Positions 18,083-22,410 of a stretch of 22,410 nucleotides of DNA are shown piece by piece. The stretch's first letter is position 1; each line of letters opens with the position of its first letter. The stretch spans positions 1 through 22,410 of the forward strand of contig JBFXJJ010000022.1 of assembly GCA_050175015.1 (NCBI GenBank), in the 5' to 3' direction. The position numbers were made by a program, and so were the translations under genes. The notes beneath the pieces are model-generated. The model was not told where the DNA came from. It searched no databases and saw nothing but the letters and a program-made list of their open reading frames with translations. The DNA comes from Alphaproteobacteria bacterium (GTDB taxonomy: Bacteria > Pseudomonadota > Alphaproteobacteria > JBFXJJ01).

Positions 18083-18170
18083 AGCCACCAATCCAATAAA
18101 CGAGATTTTCAGATCCCTTTTATTGATACTAACGAGAAGTCTTTTCCTCAACATTCCCGCAGTGAGAGCT
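18083..18170 (-). ncRNA. Candidate structured cis-regulatory RNA, three-way junction, 5' copy (88 nt)
   Basis: P1 AGCUCUCA/UGGUGGCU; P2 GCGGGAA.GUU-GAGGAAAA-GAC.UUCUCGU; junction UAGUAU; P3 CAAUAAA.GGGAU-CUGAAA-AUCUC.UUUAUUG; ends in a U6 run. Confidence 0.7.
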
Positions 18171-18178
18171 TAATTTTT

Positions 18179-18207
18179 AATATATCACAACCCCGCTTTA
18201 TTTTTAA
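18179..18207 (-). promoter_or_regulatory. Putative sigma70-type promoter for the tandem RNA
   Basis: Minus strand reads TTAAAA-N17-TATATT with an extended -10 TGn. The predicted start near 18172 is within a few nt of the first base of the 5' RNA copy. The AT-rich context weakens the match. Confidence 0.45.
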
Positions 18208-18242
18208 ATGGTTTTAGTGATATTAACGCAAATTTTTTAAAA

Positions 18243-18581
18243 CTAGTGATCGCAAACGTTGCTGCCAGTTTCTAAATTTCCTTCAAGATATGCTTTGGTA
18301 AGTGTTTCTGGTTTATCATTAGCTGCCCCGACAATTACTTTTATGCCATTTTCAGCAAAAAGAGATAGCGCTCTTTGTCCCATACCGCCTGCGATAATTA
18401 AATCGACATTTCTTTCTTTGAGCCAGCGGGGAAGAAGTCCTGGTTCGTGAGGAGGGGGGACAACACTTTCTTGTTTTAAAACATTTTTTTCATTCTCATT
18501 AACGTCTAACAAAGCGAAAGTTTCACAATGTCCAAAGTGATTTGCAAGTTTTCCGCCTGCCATAGGTATAGCTATTTTCAT
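18243..18581 (-). CDS. NifB/NifX family (dinitrogenase FeMo-cofactor-like) small metal-binding protein
   Basis: MKIAIP, HFGHC, PPPHEPGLLP, IAGGMG and C-terminal CDH; AGGAG RBS. Confidence 0.9.
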   Translation of the reverse strand: MKIAIPMAGGKLANHFGHCETFALLDVNENEKNVLKQESVVPPPHEPGLLPRWLKERNVDLIIAGGMGQRALSLFAENGIKVIVGAANDKPETLTKAYLEGNLETGSNVCDH

Positions 18582-18597
18582 TTGTATTCTCCTAAAA

Positions 18598-19473
18598 TTA
18601 TTTTGTGATTTTTAAGTTATAAAGTTTTTCCCATATCAGAGTAATTTCTTCTGCGGCTTTAGGGCAGATTTCCATTATAGTCTGACGTTTTTTTTGGCTT
18701 AGATTAAAGTTTTTGTTATAACTAATCCTGCCAGCAATTATTGCTCCTTTTTTTTGAGCTTCTTCTTCAATGTTGGTTGTAATTTCTTCGTTAATATCCC
18801 ATTTGTTAACACAGATAAAACTTGGAATTTTAAAATGATTTGTTAGTTCAAGAACTCTTATAGCATCGTGAAGTCCCGATACCGTCGGTTCTGTTACTAT
18901 TAAGACCTTATCTGCTCCAGTTATAGAGGCAATAGCAGGGCAGCTGGTTCCAGGAGGGCCGTCAACTACAATAGTATCTAAATGTTTCTCTTGTGCAATG
19001 TTCTTGGCAAAGGTTCTTACTTGAGATACAAGTTTTCCAGAATTCTCAGCCCCTGTTTCCATTTCTGCATATATCATATCACCTAGTTCGGTATCCGAAA
19101 CAAGTATTTTGCCGCACAATTTAGGGTTAAAGTCTATAGCTTTTTCGGGGCATAGTATTACGCATAGTCCGCAGCCTTCACAAAGAAGAGGATCTATATA
19201 AAGCTTATTTTGAGCATCTTTTTTTATGGCATTGAACTTGCAATTATTATAGCAAGTGTTACAGCCTGAACATTTTTGTTGATTTATTGCCGCTTCTTTA
19301 CCGCAAAGAAAAGGAACGTCTTTTTTGGTTTTAGGATTTAAAATGATATGAAGATTAGCTGCATCGACATCACAGTCTGCAATGACAAGGTTCTGAGCTA
19401 GACTTGCAAATGCTGCGGTAATGCTGGTTTTTCCTGTTCCGCCTTTGCCGCTTATAACTACTAATTCCTGCAT
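18598..19473 (-). CDS. MinD-superfamily P-loop ATPase with inserted 2x[4Fe-4S] ferredoxin domain (COG1149 type), second paralog
   Basis: SGKGGTGKT, DCDVDAANLH, CSGCNTCYNNC, CEGCGLCVILCP, ENSGKLV, DGPPG.SCP and VTEPT motifs. The ATG at 19473 (MQELVV) with AAGGA RBS is preferred over the track start at 19482. Confidence 0.92.
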   Translation of the reverse strand: MQELVVISGKGGTGKTSITAAFASLAQNLVIADCDVDAANLHIILNPKTKKDVPFLCGKEAAINQQKCSGCNTCYNNCKFNAIKKDAQNKLYIDPLLCEGCGLCVILCPEKAIDFNPKLCGKILVSDTELGDMIYAEMETGAENSGKLVSQVRTFAKNIAQEKHLDTIVVDGPPGTSCPAIASITGADKVLIVTEPTVSGLHDAIRVLELTNHFKIPSFICVNKWDINEEITTNIEEEAQKKGAIIAGRISYNKNFNLSQKKRQTIMEICPKAAEEITLIWEKLYNLKITK

Positions 19474-20306
19474 AATAAACAATCCTTAATTTTTTCTTTT
19501 AAATCCAAGAATTTTTTTTGATATTGCGGCATTTCATCAATAATAATATTGCCTTTAGAATAATTTTTTGCAATTTGAATGTCTTCAGGAATATCAGCAA
19601 AAACATCAATTTTTTCAGCATTACAAAAATCGCTTATGAGATTTTTTTCAGAAGTTGTGCGATTAATTACAACCCCAAAAGGAATATTCATCTGTCTAAT
19701 TAGCCTTACGGCAAGTTTTAAATCGTTGAGGCCAAAAGGGGTCGCTTCGGTTACTAGTATTACAAAGTCAACATCAGTTAAAGTGCTTATTACAGGGCAA
19801 GAAACACCTGGCGGTGAGTCAATTATGGTTATTTCATTTTGTGTGGTTTTAGCTTTTAGTTTTTTAATTAATGGTGTTGCCATAGCTATCCCAATATCTA
19901 AGAAACCGCTTAAAAGTTTTATGTTATCAATTTGAAAGGTTTTAATAACGCCAACAGGCTTTTCAATTTCTGAGATGGCTTTCTGCGGGCAGATTTTTAT
20001 ACAGCCGCCGCAGCTATGACACATTTCTGGAAAAACAAGAATTTTTACTCCCAAAGAAGCTAAAGCATTAAACTCACAAAAAGAAGAACATTCTCCGCAA
20101 ACATTGCAGAGTTCATCGTTTATCTTTGGTATTTTAGTATAAACGGTTTCTTCGTTTTCTGGCTGGCTTTTAAGGAAAAGATGACAATTAGGCTCTTCTA
20201 CATCGCAGTCGATAAGAGTAACCTTTTCCTTAAAGGCTTTGGCCAAATTAACAGCTACGGTGGTTTTACCTGTGCCACCTTTTCCAGATGCAATCGCTAT
20301 TTTCAT
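19461..20306 (-). CDS. MinD-superfamily P-loop ATPase with inserted 2x[4Fe-4S] ferredoxin domain (COG1149 type), first paralog
   Basis: ASGKGGTGKTT, DCDVEEPN, CNVCGECSSFC, CHSCGGCIKICP, DSPPGVSCP and VTEATPFGLNDL motifs. Confidence 0.92.
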   Translation of the reverse strand: MKIAIASGKGGTGKTTVAVNLAKAFKEKVTLIDCDVEEPNCHLFLKSQPENEETVYTKIPKINDELCNVCGECSSFCEFNALASLGVKILVFPEMCHSCGGCIKICPQKAISEIEKPVGVIKTFQIDNIKLLSGFLDIGIAMATPLIKKLKAKTTQNEITIIDSPPGVSCPVISTLTDVDFVILVTEATPFGLNDLKLAVRLIRQMNIPFGVVINRTTSEKNLISDFCNAEKIDVFADIPEDIQIAKNYSKGNIIIDEMPQYQKKFLDLKEKIKDCLLCRN

Positions 20307-20324
20307 AATAAATCAGCTAAAAAA

Positions 20325-22022
20325 TTATTTCTCACGAGGGTAGGGCCAAGCCATAATCCCGCCTTCTAGAACTTTAACATTTTTAAAGCCGCTAGCTTCA
20401 AGAATTAAAGCTGCTTCATATCCTCTTAAAGATATTTTGCAATAACATATAATTTCTTGATTTCTATCTTGCGGCAACTCGTTTAATCTTTTGCGTAAGG
20501 CTCCTAAAGGAATTAATGTTTCGCCAACGCCAAGTCTCATCGCCTCATATTCATCAGGTCCTCTGACATCTAGCAAATAAGGTTTCTGATTGGCTTCCAG
20601 CTTAGCTTTAACGGTTACAGCACTAAGTCCTTTTAAACGGTCTTTTAGTTTGTTTTCCATTATATGTGCGGTTGCTATGCTGTGATCTAAAGCGAGAGAA
20701 AAAGGTGGAGCATAAGGCAAGTCATTATTTATCATATCTTCGAGTGTTAGCTTGCCTTTAATAGCTGTTGCCCAAATCGCAATTTGTTTAGAAACGTCTC
20801 CGATGCCAACGCATTGCGCTCCTAATATTTTGTTGTCTTTGCGATTTACAACCAATTTAGAGATTAAAAGCTTGCCATTCATAAATCCTGGTTTGTCTGG
20901 ACTGGCATTAACTACTGTTTCAATATCATCAAAACCGTTTTGCTTAGCGGCTTTTTCGCTTAATCCTGTTGAACCTGCCGCATATTCAAAGATTTTGCAG
21001 ATACCTGTTTGAATGGTTCCTGGAAATGACGCTTTGTCTCCGATAATGGCATTTTCGCCTGCAACTCTGCCTTCTAAATTTGCCAAGTCGCCATAGGGGG
21101 CGTGAACTTTATTGCCTGTGATAATGTTTTCAATTTCAACACAGTCTCCCGCAGCATAAATGTCGGGATCTGATGTTTTCATATGTTTATCAACAATAAT
21201 ACCGCCTGTCTTGCCGATTTCAATACCGGCTTCTTTTGCTAATTTTGAGTTAGGCTTAACTCCAATGGCAAGAACGGCAAGCTGGCATTCAATTTCTGTT
21301 CCGTTGCTTAATTTTATGCCTGTTAATCGCCCATCTTTGCCAATGAATGATTTTAACCCATTTTCAAGGTAAATATTTACATCTTTACTGCGGATATAAT
21401 TTTCAACTATTTTTGCCATATCCCAGTCAAGAAAAGTTAGAACTTGAGACTGCATTTCGATGATTGAAACTTCAATGCCTGCCAGTCTTAGAGCTTCACA
21501 AGTTTCAATTCCAATTAAACCCCCGCCGATAACAACGGCTTTTTTTATTTTCTTTTCATCTCTTATTTTTCTTAAGTAATCCGCATCTTGCATACTTTGA
21601 AGGGTTGTTATGCCATCTAAATCTATTCCTTCGATAGGAGGACGATTAGCTGTAGCTCCAGTTGTAATAATCAATTTGTCATAAGATAGTTCTTCTTTTT
21701 CACCTGTTTTTAAGTTTTGGCATAAAACGGTTTTAGCTTTACGGTTAATTGATAAAACTTCGGTTTCTGTTTTGGCGTTTATTTTTTTTACATTCATATA
21801 AAAATTTGGGTCTCTAACGACACCTGTTGGTGTGCATAACAGCATATTACGGTTGTCGAAACAGCCGCCGACATAATAAGGGTAGCCGCAGGAAGCCATA
21901 GATAGTTCAGCTCCCTTTTGGATTATTGTGATTTCGGCATTTTCATCAATTCTTCTAGCTTTTGCAGCTGCCTTAGGACCTGCTGCAGATCCTCCGATAA
22001 TAATAATTTTTTTGTTTTCCAT
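20325..22022 (-). CDS. CoA-disulfide reductase / NADH oxidase family flavoprotein fused to a rhodanese domain (persulfide reductase-like)
   Basis: FAD GGSAAG, redox Cys SMASCGYPYY, NAD-binding GGGLIGIE, YAAGD, YAPPFS; rhodanese LLDVR, YCKISLRG and LEGG..AW. Confidence 0.93.
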   Translation of the reverse strand: MENKKIIIIGGSAAGPKAAAKARRIDENAEITIIQKGAELSMASCGYPYYVGGCFDNRNMLLCTPTGVVRDPNFYMNVKKINAKTETEVLSINRKAKTVLCQNLKTGEKEELSYDKLIITTGATANRPPIEGIDLDGITTLQSMQDADYLRKIRDEKKIKKAVVIGGGLIGIETCEALRLAGIEVSIIEMQSQVLTFLDWDMAKIVENYIRSKDVNIYLENGLKSFIGKDGRLTGIKLSNGTEIECQLAVLAIGVKPNSKLAKEAGIEIGKTGGIIVDKHMKTSDPDIYAAGDCVEIENIITGNKVHAPYGDLANLEGRVAGENAIIGDKASFPGTIQTGICKIFEYAAGSTGLSEKAAKQNGFDDIETVVNASPDKPGFMNGKLLISKLVVNRKDNKILGAQCVGIGDVSKQIAIWATAIKGKLTLEDMINNDLPYAPPFSLALDHSIATAHIMENKLKDRLKGLSAVTVKAKLEANQKPYLLDVRGPDEYEAMRLGVGETLIPLGALRKRLNELPQDRNQEIICYCKISLRGYEAALILEASGFKNVKVLEGGIMAWPYPREK

Positions 22023-22060
22023 TGTGTAGGTTTCTCCTTAGCATTTTTAGATGGTGTTTT

Positions 22061-22410
22061 TTATTTTTTATAATTACGTCTTCCTTTTATTTGGGCATCA
22101 TCATCATTAATATTATCTTGCCAGCCGTTTTTAGCCGGATTAAAAACATCAAACTTTGCAGAATAAGGCTTAATATCAATTAAAGGCGTTTGATTTAAAA
22201 TATCGGCACCTTCAAAGTATAAAATATTATTTTCACGCTTCAAAAGTTTTACGATACTTAAGCCTATTGGGTTGGGACGACGAGGAGCCCTTGTTGCAAA
22301 AACGCCTCTTAAGGCATCTTCTAAGAAAGGCTTTAAGGTTAACTTAGGTTCTTCTGCTTGATGGAAGTGATATATTAAATAAATATATGAAAAGCCTTCA
22401 ATATCCTTTA
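22061..22410 (-). CDS. trmO: TrmO/TsaA-like SAM-binding protein (tRNA m6t6A37 methyltransferase family), partial, short single-domain form
   Basis: The frame stays open to the window edge: KDIEGFSYIYLIYHFH...RGVFATRAPRRPNPIGLSIVKL...DILNQTPLIDIKPY. The track's 60-aa ORF is only its tail. Confidence 0.92.
   Translation of the reverse strand, partial: KDIEGFSYIYLIYHFHQAEEPKLTLKPFLEDALRGVFATRAPRRPNPIGLSIVKLLKRENNILYFEGADILNQTPLIDIKPYSAKFDVFNPAKNGWQDNINDDDAQIKGRRNYKK

Noticed and set aside
17990-18170. Tandem element as a CRISPR array, tRNA pair, hammerhead ribozyme or type III antitoxin
   Set aside because: The variable part is itself a conserved-shape hairpin; there is no cloverleaf or CCA, no CUGANGA core, and no adjacent ToxN-like or cas gene.
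18243-18581. Evidence of nitrogen fixation
   Set aside because: Stand-alone NifB/NifX-family domains are common in non-diazotrophs, and no nifHDK is present here.
16025-21372. Antisense ORFs over the ankyrin, nfeD, NifX-like, ATPase and flavoprotein genes
   Set aside because: Shadow frames of well-supported genes on the opposite strand.

Overview
Low-GC (roughly one third G+C by eye) bacterial chromosomal window, most likely from a flagellated alphaproteobacterium, judged from the flagellin C-terminus and the MreB/PBP2 sequences. The left part is housekeeping: the 3' end of a flagellin gene converges on the mreB-mreC-mreD-mrdA-rodA operon, which is preceded by miaA. The middle is a mixed block: DUF1015 protein, atypical D-Ala-D-Ala ligase, nucleosidase, Sel1-repeat protein, GNAT, a 44-bp direct-repeat pair flanking a centred palindrome, an alpha/beta hydrolase plus membrane-anchored MurF-like ligase, a DUF3108-like protein, an ankyrin-repeat protein and an SPFH-NfeD pair. 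The right end is an anaerobe-type operon: TrmO/TsaA-like, CoA-disulfide reductase-rhodanese, two 4Fe-4S MinD-like ATPases and a NifB/NifX-family protein. The most striking unannotated signal is at 17990-18170 on the minus strand: two tandem 88-nt copies of a three-way-junction RNA fold. The junctions are conserved, one stem has structure-preserving changes and another is fully rewritten. A plausible promoter lies just upstream, and a small hydrophobic ORF and the SPFH-NfeD genes lie downstream. I cannot assign it to a known riboswitch class. All calls come from motif recognition by eye; no searches were run.
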